Of a stretch of DNA of 32,000 nt, positions 1-8,052 are shown piece by piece. The position numbers and the translations under genes were made by a program. Below the pieces are notes generated by a model. That model was not told where the DNA came from. It did no database searches and saw nothing but the letters and a program-made list of their open reading frames with translations. How positions within the stretch are numbered: position 1 is the first letter of the stretch; the number at the start of each line of letters is the position of its first letter. The stretch spans positions 324,161-356,160 of the forward strand of contig OY282369.1 in the NCBI GenBank assembly GCA_958295735.1. Direction: 5' to 3'. Source of the DNA: an uncultured Candidatus Cenarchaeum sp. (GTDB lineage Archaea > Thermoproteota > Nitrososphaeria > Nitrososphaerales > Nitrosopumilaceae).

Positions 1-245
1 CGCAGTTTGGGATCCTGGACGACTGGAAGAACGCCCTGTACGTGGACGGGCCCAGCCGCGCCAGGATCGCCCGGAACGGGAACGGGAACGTGATCATGGA
101 ACCGAGGGGCGACGACATCGTCCTCAAGGACCCCGCGGGCGGCGAGGTGTGCCTGGAAAGCGGGAAAAACGCGGCGTACGACGCGGCGAAGCAGGGCGCG
201 CTGCTGGAGCACAACAGGAAGATCCTGGATGCGTGGCAGGAATAG
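1..245 (+). CDS. hypothetical protein, 3' end (5' end lies outside the window)
   Basis: Frame 3 is open from base 3 (QFGILDDWKNALYVDG...) to TAG at 243-245. The translation is non-repetitive and balanced, unlike the GC-rich spacer that follows. Confidence 0.5.
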   Translation, partial: QFGILDDWKNALYVDGPSRARIARNGNGNVIMEPRGDDIVLKDPAGGEVCLESGKNAAYDAAKQGALLEHNRKILDAWQE

Positions 246-376
246 TGCGGCACGCGGGATGCGCGCGCGGGGCAGGCAGGCGCGGGGCAGCGCGCGCGGG
301 GCCGCGGGCATCCTCCCGCTTTCCCGCTCCCGCGGCGGCCGGCCCGGCGCGCGCCCGGCGGGGCCGCGCGGGATGC

Positions 377-832
377 CTACAGCAGGGAGCGCTCGTGCAG
401 CATGTCCAGCACCGGCGCCAGCTCGTCGCGCAGCGGGCCGCCGTCGAGCGGCACGGGCCGCGCGAACGGCACGGGCAGCGTGATGGCCAGCATGTCCTGG
501 TCCGTGTGGGATATGTGCACCGTGTGCGAGCCGAACCCCGCGAACGCGACCAGCTCCTTCCACGCGGATATGCGATCCTGCACGGAGCGGATCTGCCCCT
601 CCAGCCCCCGCAGGTCGGAGGAATAGTCCCCGTCGAATATGCCGAACTTCGCCAGCCCGACCATGAGGTACCCGCCCGGTATGCCGTCGCGGTTCTCCCA
701 CATCGCCTCGATGATCTCCTGCTCCTTGTCCTTCGGGAACGCGTCCCCGTAGTCGGGGTCGAAGTAGCCGGCTATCCGCTTCTTGGAGTCGAATATCCTG
801 AAATAGTACTCCTCGCGGTCAAGGCGCCACAA
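377..832 (-). CDS. hypothetical protein (151 aa)
   Basis: Complex, non-low-complexity translation (MWRLDREEYYFRIFDSKKRIAGYFDPDYG...). Its ATG at 832 lies 1 nt after the stop of the upstream DsbA-like gene (834-836), suggesting an operon. Confidence 0.7.
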   Translation of the reverse strand: MWRLDREEYYFRIFDSKKRIAGYFDPDYGDAFPKDKEQEIIEAMWENRDGIPGGYLMVGLAKFGIFDGDYSSDLRGLEGQIRSVQDRISAWKELVAFAGFGSHTVHISHTDQDMLAITLPVPFARPVPLDGGPLRDELAPVLDMLHERSLL

Positions 833-833
833 C

Positions 834-2057
834 TCACCCCAGCCTCGAGTCCAGGAAGGACTTGAACGTGGAGTAGGGCTGCGCCCCCGTGATCATGGCG
901 TACCCGCCCTCGTCGTTCCCCACGAAGAAGGTCGGGGTGCCAGTCGCCCCGAAGCTCCCGGCCTGGTCGGCGTCGGCCCGCACCTCGGCAGCGGCCTCGG
1001 GGGACGCGGCGCACTCGGCGAACGCGGCCGCGTCGAGCCCCAGATCCTCGGCGTACTCCAGGAGCCTCGCGTCGAGGGCGCCCCCGTCCAGCCCGCCCCA
1101 CCCGCGCTGCTTCTCGAACAGGACGTCGTGGTACTCCCAGAACGCGCCCTGCTCGTCGGCGCACTCGGCGGCGGCGTGGGCCGGCGGCGCGTTGGGGTGC
1201 GTCTCCAGCGGCAGATCGCGGTACACCAGGAGGAGCCTGCCGGTGTCCACGTACTCGCTCACTATGCTGGGCATGGTCTCGCTGTAGAACCTGGCGCAGA
1301 ACGGGCACCGGAAGTCCGAGAACTCCACCATCACGAGCGGGGCATCGGGGTCGCCCATGGAGGGATCGTCGTCGACCAGCAGCGGCGTCAGGGGGCTCGG
1401 CGTCCGCCTGTCCTCCCCCCCGGAGGCGCTCATCTGCATCAGCATCGCGGCCAGATCCTCGTTGGTGACCGACGGCTGCGGATCCTGCGGATCCAGAAGA
1501 TCGGAGGCGCCGAGCAGGTAGCCCCCCAGAAAGGCGGCGACGGCCACGGCCACGGCGAGGCCCTTGGCCGTCTCCGAGGCGCCGCCGCGGCCGGGCGGGG
1601 GAGGCGGCGGCGGAAAGGCCAGGCTGTCCTGGCGCGGCGGCCGCCCGGGGACTTCTGGCGCATCCGCGGCATCGGGATCCGCTGCCGCCGGGGCGGCGGC
1701 ATCTGGGGCGCCGCGGCCGGGCGCATCGGCTTCGGGCGCGGGGGAGTCGCCGCCGGCCTCGGGCGCGGGCGCGGGGGAGTCGCCGCCGGCCTCGGGCGCG
1801 GGCGCGGGGGAGTCGCCGCCGGCCTCGGGCGCGGGCGCGGGGGAGTCGCCGCCGGCCTCGGGCGCGGGGGCGGCCTCGGGCGCGGGGGCGGCCTCGGGCG
1901 CGGGGGAGTCGCCGCCGGCCTCGGGCGCGGGGGAGTCGCCGCCGGCCTCGGGCGCGGGGGAGTCGCCGCCGGCCTCGGGCGCGGGGGAGTCGCCGCCGGC
2001 CTCGGGCGCGGGGGCGGGAGGAGTGGAATCGTGAGAGGAAGCCGCCGGAGAAACCAT
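834..2057 (-). CDS. DsbA-family thiol:disulfide oxidoreductase, membrane-anchored, with a repetitive Pro/Ala/Glu-rich N-terminal tail
   Basis: The C-terminal domain has FSDFRCPFCARF (CPFC active site) and a GTPTFFVG motif typical of the DsbA/thioredoxin fold. One TM helix (GLAVAVAVAAFLGGYLLGA). The N-terminus carries (A)PAPEAGGDSP repeats. A TATA-like 'ctatttag' on the minus strand sits ~35 nt upstream of the ATG at 2057. Confidence 0.85.
   Translation of the reverse strand: MVSPAASSHDSTPPAPAPEAGGDSPAPEAGGDSPAPEAGGDSPAPEAGGDSPAPEAAPAPEAAPAPEAGGDSPAPAPEAGGDSPAPAPEAGGDSPAPAPEAGGDSPAPEADAPGRGAPDAAAPAAADPDAADAPEVPGRPPRQDSLAFPPPPPPPGRGGASETAKGLAVAVAVAAFLGGYLLGASDLLDPQDPQPSVTNEDLAAMLMQMSASGGEDRRTPSPLTPLLVDDDPSMGDPDAPLVMVEFSDFRCPFCARFYSETMPSIVSEYVDTGRLLLVYRDLPLETHPNAPPAHAAAECADEQGAFWEYHDVLFEKQRGWGGLDGGALDARLLEYAEDLGLDAAAFAECAASPEAAAEVRADADQAGSFGATGTPTFFVGNDEGGYAMITGAQPYSTFKSFLDSRLG
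1732..2012. repeat. in-frame coding tandem repeat (33-nt, 18-nt and 27-nt units) inside the DsbA-like gene
   Basis: The unit 'gggggagtcgccgccggcctcgggcgcg' recurs 8 times (4 at 33-nt and 4 at 27-nt spacing) with two short 18-nt units between. All periods are multiples of 3. Confidence 0.9.
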
Positions 2058-2280
2058 GGTTTTCCGTGCAACGGCCTGCCGCGGGCCCTAAATAGTCTTG
2101 GGACGGCGGCGGGTGCAGGCTTGCGTCCATCGCGATCTAGGCGCGGGATCGCGGGGCGGATTGTTGCCGCCAGGCGCGGGATCGGTTCGGGCGCAAGTCT
2201 GCGCGGCGGCGGGCGCAGACTTGCGTCCGAACCGAAACGCGCCCGGCAACGGCAAACCGCCCCGCGATCCCGCGCCCGGA

Positions 2281-3876
2281 TCACGACGGACGCGGGTCTG
2301 CGCGGCGGAGGCGCGCGTTAGGCGGCCGCGGCCCGGGGGCGGGGCGGGATCCGCGGGGCCGCAGCGATGCGGCGATCCTCCGCACGGCGGCGTTCGCCTC
2401 GTCCCCGAGGGATCGGGGCGCGCCGCCGCCGGCCGCGCCGTCGAACAGCGAGGCCAAGTCGGAGACGTCCCCCTTCCCCAGCCGCGAGACCGGGAGCACG
2501 GGGAGATCCAGGAGATCGCCCGGCTCGAACTTGTGCAGGCCGTTCCCGTACTCCCGCCGGTAGTACACCTGCACGGCCGCGGACAGATCCGAGTTCAGGT
2601 AGCACAGCAGCGCCTTGATCGCGGCGGGATCGGGGGACTTGGGGTAGATGCCGTGGTACGACGCGAGGTTGAGGCACTTTGCCCTGTTGTGCACGAACCT
2701 CATGTAGTCCCTGCTGAACGCGGTGGCCAGTATCGGCGCCGGCTCCCTTTTTTCCACGGAATACCACGGGGCCCTGTGCGCGCACAGGTACCGCTCGTGC
2801 ACCCCCATGCCCTCCCCGCGCGCGATGTATTTTTGGGCGCTCTCCGACGGGCTGCCCGCGCAGCAGAACAGGTGCACCTTCTGCCCGGCGCGCCCCAGCT
2901 CCGCCATGTCGCGCCGGGTCACCGCGTACCCGCGCGCCTGGGAGGCCCTCGACACGACCGGCGCGAGGAAGCGGTCCTCTATCCCCCACTCCGCGCGCTC
3001 CCGCTCCGACACGGTGAAGAATTCGTTGGAGCCGGTGGCGATCCCCCTCTTCACGCCCGCCTCCTCGCGCAGCGGCACCAGCCCGTCCGCCAGTTCGGGG
3101 ATCCCCGCCCCGGGAAAATAGCGCTGCCACTTCGCGTCGGGATCCATGGAGCCCTGCCGCGTCCCGCGCGCCGCCGCGCGCCGCCCGAGCGCCGACGCGT
3201 CGGCGGCCCTGACGAACTTCACCCGGTGGCCCTTCCCCGGCCTCCTGTTCACCATGAGGGTTATCGTGGCGGTGGTGAGGACGCCGGCCCCGAACGCGGG
3301 CCTGCCGAAGTCGAACGTGACGAAGCTGTCTATGGTGAAGTTGCCCAGGAGGAAGCGCTTCAGGGCCTTCCCGTACCCGGTGTAGAGGAACTCCGACGGG
3401 GTTATGAACGCGATCCTCCCCCCCGCCCTCACCGATCTCCCGGCCCTGACCATGAACAGGGCGTAGATGTTTGTGAGCGCGCTGAACCTCACCCCCGCCT
3501 CCTCCGATGCCCGGCGGATCAGGCCGCGGTCGAAGCGGTGGAAGTTGAGGTAGGGCGGGTTGCACACCAGGAAGTCGACCTTTTCGGGATCGTCGTAGCC
3601 CGACAGGTAGTCCTCGTTGCGCAGCTCGAACCTCCCCGCCGCCCCGCCGGCCGTCATGTCCAGGTGGCAGGCGTTAACCATGGTCGGATCCGAGTCTATG
3701 CCGGTCACGCGGTCGGCCCCGAGCGAGAGCGATTTTTTCATGAATATCCCCAGCCCGCACGCGGGATCCAGCACGGTCCTGGCGCCCCCCGCCAGCCCGA
3801 ACCTCACCATGAACTCCGCCACCCCCGGCGGCGTGAAGAACTGCCCCCGCCGCCTGCGGCGGGCCGGATCGGTCAT
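2281..3876 (-). CDS. N6-adenine DNA methyltransferase (gamma-class, Eco57I/TaqI-like) with a C-terminal target-recognition region
   Basis: Motifs GQFFTPPGVAEFMV (X), VLDPACGLGIFM (I) and LVCNPPYLNF (IV, NPPY), plus GIATGSNEFF. The ORF is open to 4242, but the extra 122 codons are Arg/Pro/Gly-rich translated GC spacer. The ATG at 3876 (MTDPARRRRRGQFFTPP) is the conservative start and remains uncertain. Confidence 0.8.
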   Translation of the reverse strand: MTDPARRRRRGQFFTPPGVAEFMVRFGLAGGARTVLDPACGLGIFMKKSLSLGADRVTGIDSDPTMVNACHLDMTAGGAAGRFELRNEDYLSGYDDPEKVDFLVCNPPYLNFHRFDRGLIRRASEEAGVRFSALTNIYALFMVRAGRSVRAGGRIAFITPSEFLYTGYGKALKRFLLGNFTIDSFVTFDFGRPAFGAGVLTTATITLMVNRRPGKGHRVKFVRAADASALGRRAAARGTRQGSMDPDAKWQRYFPGAGIPELADGLVPLREEAGVKRGIATGSNEFFTVSERERAEWGIEDRFLAPVVSRASQARGYAVTRRDMAELGRAGQKVHLFCCAGSPSESAQKYIARGEGMGVHERYLCAHRAPWYSVEKREPAPILATAFSRDYMRFVHNRAKCLNLASYHGIYPKSPDPAAIKALLCYLNSDLSAAVQVYYRREYGNGLHKFEPGDLLDLPVLPVSRLGKGDVSDLASLFDGAAGGGAPRSLGDEANAAVRRIAASLRPRGSRPAPGPRPPNARLRRADPRPS

Positions 3877-4292
3877 CTCGTAGAGGGACGTCAGGTCGCT
3901 GTCCGGGAACGCGCCGCCCGGCGCGGCCGCCTGCTCCACGGGCAGCCGTATCCCGAGCAGCCTGGCGCGGGAGCCCACCTCCGACCGGAACCCTTCCACC
4001 GACACGCGCCCCGCGGAGTCCGCCCGCGGCGGGATCGGATCGCTCGCCACGGCCCGTCCCCCGCGGCGAGTCTTTTTAACGTGGCCGCCCGGCGCGGGGG
4101 GGGGCGCCCCGCGGCATCCGCCTCCCCGCGATCCGCGCGCGCGGGCCCGCGCGCGCGAGGCCGGCAGCCCCCGCCCCGCGGGCGCGAACCCGGATCGGCG
4201 GGGGCGCTTTCGCGCCCGCGGCCGGCGGGCGCGCGGCCCCACGCGCCCGCGCGCTTGAAATACACAAATATGCGGGCCCGGTCCCCGCGCCG

Positions 4293-4610
4293 ATGGCCAT
4301 GTCCGAGGACACTAGGAAGTACATAGACGGCCAGATAGACTACTACATCAGCGAGGCCGGGTCGTACCGCCAGATGGCCGAGGCGTACCGGCCCGAGGTG
4401 GGCTCGGTCGCGGACGCGGCGTTCGGGATAGTGGCGGGATGCATACACGCCGCGTTCCTGCAGGTCTGCCAGGGGCGGCAGCAGGGCCCCTCGCTCGTCG
4501 AGGTGCAGGAGCTGGGGCGCATGCTCAAGGAGAGGGCCCCCCTGATAAAGAGGGCCATAATGGAGAGCGGCGGGGCGGACGCGGCCGCTCCCGCGCGGGC
4601 GCGGGAATGA
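4293..4610 (+). CDS. hypothetical protein (105 aa)
   Basis: Balanced translation (MAMSEDTRKYIDGQIDYYISEAGSYRQMAEAY...). A TATA-like 'aaatacacaaatatg' at ~4258-4274 sits ~20-25 nt upstream of the ATG. Confidence 0.6.
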   Translation: MAMSEDTRKYIDGQIDYYISEAGSYRQMAEAYRPEVGSVADAAFGIVAGCIHAAFLQVCQGRQQGPSLVEVQELGRMLKERAPLIKRAIMESGGADAAAPARARE

Positions 4611-4647
4611 AAAGCCACATAAGCCGAGCGGGCGCCCCGCGCGCCGC

Positions 4648-4734
4648 ATGGAGGGGGGCAAGATCATATTCGGCCTCGGCGTCGGGGGGTCGGTGCTCCT
4701 CGCGGTGTTCAGCTTTGCGATGGCGATGCGCTAG
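4648..4734 (+). CDS. possible 28-aa hydrophobic micro-protein
   Basis: ATG..TAG ORF reading MEGGKIIFGLGVGGSVLLAVFSFAMAMR, a single TM-like segment. It sits between two same-strand genes. There is no other support. Confidence 0.25.
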   Translation: MEGGKIIFGLGVGGSVLLAVFSFAMAMR

Positions 4735-4795
4735 GCTCCCCGCGCCGCGCCGCCGCCCCGGAGGCGGGGGGTAGTTGCAGGGCAAGGGCGGCGCC

Positions 4796-5137
4796 ATGGC
4801 GGACGCGAACGAGTTCAGGATCCGCCAGATAGTCGACAACGGCAAGATGATCCAGCTGTTCCTCGTGGAGAACGTCAACACTGAGCCCATATCGCAGAAG
4901 CAGATGATAAGGGAAAAGGTGGCCAAGACGCTCGACTCGGACACGCGGGGGCAGGTCATGCCGCTGCTCGACGCCATACTGCAGGCGCAGCCCACCATAA
5001 ACATGAGGAGCTACCAGCAGACGGCGATCAACATCACGATGCCCAGCAAGAGGTACGAGCAGATGGGGCGCCCCCAGGTCGGGCAGATCGTCGCCATCGA
5101 CATGAGCGTGAAGAAGCGGCTGAACCCGTTCAGGTAG
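4796..5137 (+). CDS. hypothetical protein (113 aa)
   Basis: Complex translation (MADANEFRIRQIVDNGKMIQLFLVENVNTEPISQKQMIREK...). The first ATG is at 4796; the track ORF begins at a TTG at 4775. Confidence 0.65.
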   Translation: MADANEFRIRQIVDNGKMIQLFLVENVNTEPISQKQMIREKVAKTLDSDTRGQVMPLLDAILQAQPTINMRSYQQTAINITMPSKRYEQMGRPQVGQIVAIDMSVKKRLNPFR

Positions 5138-5138
5138 C

Positions 5139-5339
5139 GTGCGGCCCGTGTTCGGCAGGGACATAGAGGACGAGTTCAGCCACGGCATAAGCGACATCTC
5201 GGGGCGCGCGGGGCCGGACGACGCCGGCGCCGGCGCGGAGTGGTGGCCCGTGCCGGGGCTGTTCGCGCTGCTGCTGGCCGGCTTCGAGTCGTTCCTGGGG
5301 GCGGCGGGGCTCCTGCTGGCCCTGTTCAGGCTCAGGTAG
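5139..5339 (+). CDS. possible small membrane protein (66 aa, GTG start)
   Basis: Starts 2 nt after the previous stop. It has a C-terminal hydrophobic segment (WWPVPGLFALLLAGFESFLGAAGLLLALF). Support is weak. Confidence 0.3.
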   Translation: MRPVFGRDIEDEFSHGISDISGRAGPDDAGAGAEWWPVPGLFALLLAGFESFLGAAGLLLALFRLR

Positions 5340-7410
5340 CGCCGGATCGCGCCGGCTCCAGGCGCTCGAGCACCTGCCGCGGGTCGTCGAGCCGCGGCGA
5401 GCACGAAAAGTCGCGGCACACGAACGCCGAGTCGCCCGCGCCGAACTCCTTGCCCCTGAACATCTCGTACCCGGACAGGGCGGCCAGCTGGGCCGCGTCC
5501 CGCACCGTCACCACCGCGGCCTCCGGCGCGTACGCGCCGGACAGCGCCACGGCCATCCTCCCGCCGGCGCCCATCACCGTCACGTCGACGGGCCCGCCCT
5601 CGCGCGCGCAGGCGGCGCAGAGCAGGTGGCCGAACGCGAACGGGTTCTCGGCGGCCCTGCGCGCCTGCGACTCCAGCGCCTTCGCGGCCGCGGCCTCCAT
5701 CTCCGGCTCGCCCGCGATGCCGTGCAGCCGCGAGAACGCGTGCACCGCCGCCGAGCTGCCCGACGGCAGCGAGAGGTCGTGCTCGCTCCGCGGCCTGACT
5801 ATCAGGTCCTCCGCGCCCTCGGCCGTCATGTAGAAGCGCCCCCCGCCCGGATCCCAGAACCTGTCCAGGATGATGCGGCACAGCCCGCGGGCCCGCTCCA
5901 GGTAGCGGGCCTCGGGATCGACCTCGAACAGGTCCAGCAGGGCCGCCGCGTAGAACGCGTGGTCCTCCAGGTACCCGCCGATCCCGGCCCTCCCGTCCTT
6001 GTACGCCCGCATTACCGAGCCCGACGGGCCGGACAGCCGCGACTCGACGAACCGCTCGCACCGCCTGGCCGCCTCCAGGTACGCGGCGCGCCGCGAGGCG
6101 CGGTGCCCGCGGGCCAGGGCCGTTATGGCCAGGGCGTTCCACGACGCTATCGCCTTGCCGTCCAGCCCCGGCGCCTCCCGGGCCGAGTTCCTGTGCTCCA
6201 GCAGGGCATCCCTCCCGCGCCGCAGCGCCGCCTCTACCTTTTCCTCCGTCAGGCCGCACCGGAACGCCACCGCCTGCAGGCCCGCGGAGTTGCTGAGCAC
6301 CGTGGATCCCTCCCAGTTGCCGCCGTCCGTCACGCCGTAGTACAGGCAGAACGGCTCGGCGTCGGCCGCCCCCAGCAGGCGCACTACCTCGGGCTTGGTC
6401 CACGCGTAGAACGCCCCCTCCTCGCCGCCCGCGTCGGCGTCCTGCGAGGAGCAGAACCCGCCCTCCGGCGTGGCGAGCTCGCGCAGCACGTAGTCCAGCG
6501 TCCTCTCCATCACGTCCAGGTAGCGGGCGCTGCCGGTCGCCTGGTACGCCTCGGCGTAGTTCGCGGGGATCAGGGCGTTGTCGTACAGCATCTTTTCAAA
6601 GTGGGGCACGAGCCAGCGCGCGTCCGTGGAGTACCGGTGGAAGCCGCCCCCCACGTGGTCGAATATGCCGCCCCGCGCCATCCCGTCCAGCGTCTTCAGC
6701 GCGAACGCCGTGAACGCCGGGATCCCGGACAGCCGCCCGTACCGCAGCAGGAACGAGACGCAGGCGGCGTTGGGGAACTTGGGGGCGCTCCCGAACCCGC
6801 CGTGCGCCCGGTCCCCCGAGTTCAGCAGGCCGACCGCCGCCTCGTCGAGCGCGGCGCGCCCGAGCCGCTCGGGCCCCGGCCGCCCCTCCGGCCCGTCCCG
6901 CAGCGACAGGGCGAACCGCCCGGCGGCCCTCGCCACTTCGGCGGGGTTCTCGCGCCAGGCCTGCGCCATGCGCCTCAGCAGGCTGCCGAACCCGGGCCGC
7001 CCGTACGAGTCGGACGGCGGAAAGTACGTCCCCGCGTAGAAGGGCTTCAGGTCCGGCGTGAGGAAGACGCTGAGCGGCCAGCCCCCCTGCCCCGTGGCCG
7101 CCTGGCACGCCGCCTGGTATATGTGGTCGATGTCCGGCCGCTCCTCGCGGTCCACCTTCACGTTCACGAAGTGCTCGTTCATCACGGCGGCCACCCCCTC
7201 GTCCTCGAACGACTCGCGGGCCATCACGTGGCACCAGTGGCACGAGCTGTACCCCACGCTGAGGAATATCGGCTTGTTCTCCTCGCGCGCCCTCTCCAGC
7301 GCCGCGGCGTTCCAGGCGTGCCACCGCACGGGGTTGCGCGCGTGCTGCAGGAGGTACGGGCTGGACTCGCCCGCCAGGCCGTTCTCCGCGCCGCCGCTGC
7401 TGCCGTCCAC
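5332..7410 (-). CDS. thioredoxin-domain protein of the DUF255/YyaL type (thioredoxin fold plus six-hairpin glycosidase-like domain)
   Basis: NRL-type N-terminus: GESSPYLLQHARNPVRWHAWNAAALERAREENKPIFLSVGYSSCHWCHVMARESFED...GGWPLSVFLTPDLKPFYAGTYFPP. The ORF is open to 7713, but that extension is a P/R/A-rich spacer translation and overlaps a better small ORF. An in-frame GTG at 7410 (VDGSSGGAENGLAGES) is the proposed start. Confidence 0.9.
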   Translation of the reverse strand: MDGSSGGAENGLAGESSPYLLQHARNPVRWHAWNAAALERAREENKPIFLSVGYSSCHWCHVMARESFEDEGVAAVMNEHFVNVKVDREERPDIDHIYQAACQAATGQGGWPLSVFLTPDLKPFYAGTYFPPSDSYGRPGFGSLLRRMAQAWRENPAEVARAAGRFALSLRDGPEGRPGPERLGRAALDEAAVGLLNSGDRAHGGFGSAPKFPNAACVSFLLRYGRLSGIPAFTAFALKTLDGMARGGIFDHVGGGFHRYSTDARWLVPHFEKMLYDNALIPANYAEAYQATGSARYLDVMERTLDYVLRELATPEGGFCSSQDADAGGEEGAFYAWTKPEVVRLLGAADAEPFCLYYGVTDGGNWEGSTVLSNSAGLQAVAFRCGLTEEKVEAALRRGRDALLEHRNSAREAPGLDGKAIASWNALAITALARGHRASRRAAYLEAARRCERFVESRLSGPSGSVMRAYKDGRAGIGGYLEDHAFYAAALLDLFEVDPEARYLERARGLCRIILDRFWDPGGGRFYMTAEGAEDLIVRPRSEHDLSLPSGSSAAVHAFSRLHGIAGEPEMEAAAAKALESQARRAAENPFAFGHLLCAACAREGGPVDVTVMGAGGRMAVALSGAYAPEAAVVTVRDAAQLAALSGYEMFRGKEFGAGDSAFVCRDFSCSPRLDDPRQVLERLEPARSGAT

Positions 7411-7625
7411 GCGCGGCGGCAGCGCGGGCGGTATTTGAGGATGGCGGCTGGGCGGGGGCGGGGGCGGGGGCGGGAAAAGCCCGGCCCCGGCGCGGGGAGC
7501 GATACTGACGCGGCCGGCGCCCCGAGGGGCGGCGGCGGAGGAAGAGGCGCGCGGCGGCCGGGGCCGGAACGCGCGGATCGTCCCGGTTAGGCTGCCGAAA
7601 ACAGGTTGCTCGCGACTCGGGAGGC

Positions 7626-7733
7626 CTAGCGGCGCTTCTTCATCGCGGTTATGGCGAACCAGTAGACTAGCCCTGGCGCCAATCCGACAATAAGAGGAAT
7701 CCAAACCGGCCATCCGTCAGCTGCACTTGCCAT
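7626..7733 (-). CDS. possible 35-aa single-TM micro-protein
   Basis: ORF reading MASAADGWPVWIPLIVGLAPGLVYWFAITAMKKRR, with locally lower GC. A strong TATA-like 'ggatttaaataac' on the minus strand (7755-7766) lies 22-33 nt upstream of the ATG at 7733. Confidence 0.4.
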   Translation of the reverse strand: MASAADGWPVWIPLIVGLAPGLVYWFAITAMKKRR

Positions 7734-8052
7734 GGATTGGGGTCAAACCAATGTTATTTAAATCCACCTTAGGCGCCTGCCCGGTTTTCGGCATCGCGCG
7801 AAAAAACGCGCGCGCGATGATGATGTGCTCCCCCGCAGGACGCGCCGCGCGGGCGGGCGCGGGACGGCCGGGAGGACGGCGGGGGCGGGACGAAGCAACG
7901 CGGGCGGGCTCGTGTCCGAGCCCCTCGACATGGAGTCGTGCGGGAGGATCCTCCGCACGCTGCTCGGGATGGATCCCGGCGAGGACCTCCCGCCGTCCCT
8001 GACCCACTCGCTGGAGTTGAAAAGGAAAAAGGGCGGCGCGGCCCGCGGGGAC

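Noticed and set aside
772-2321. Long ORFs 772-2130(-), 1128-2321(+), 1439-2284(-) and 1564-2034(+) overlapping the DsbA-like gene
   Set aside because: Their translations are R/G/P/A low-complexity and simply mirror the tandem repeat. Only the 834-2057 frame yields a recognisable DsbA domain, a TM helix and a promoter-supported start. High GC keeps the alternative frames open.
2098-4326. 742-aa plus-strand ORF and 415-aa minus-strand ORF across the methyltransferase gene
   Set aside because: These are antisense or out-of-frame shadow ORFs with Arg/Pro/Gly/His-rich translations and no motifs. The 2281-3876 frame carries the complete methyltransferase motif set.
4709-7590. 564-aa (4709-6403, -) and 654-aa (5626-7590, +) ORFs
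   Set aside because: These are shadow frames of the DUF255 gene and its neighbours, with low-complexity R/G/A/P translations. The authentic frame is unambiguous from the thioredoxin CHWC region.
7811-7830. C/D-box sRNA suggested by 'gatgatgatg' (a C-box-like AUGAUGA)
   Set aside because: No D box (CUGA) or terminal stem lies at the expected 50-70 nt distance downstream.
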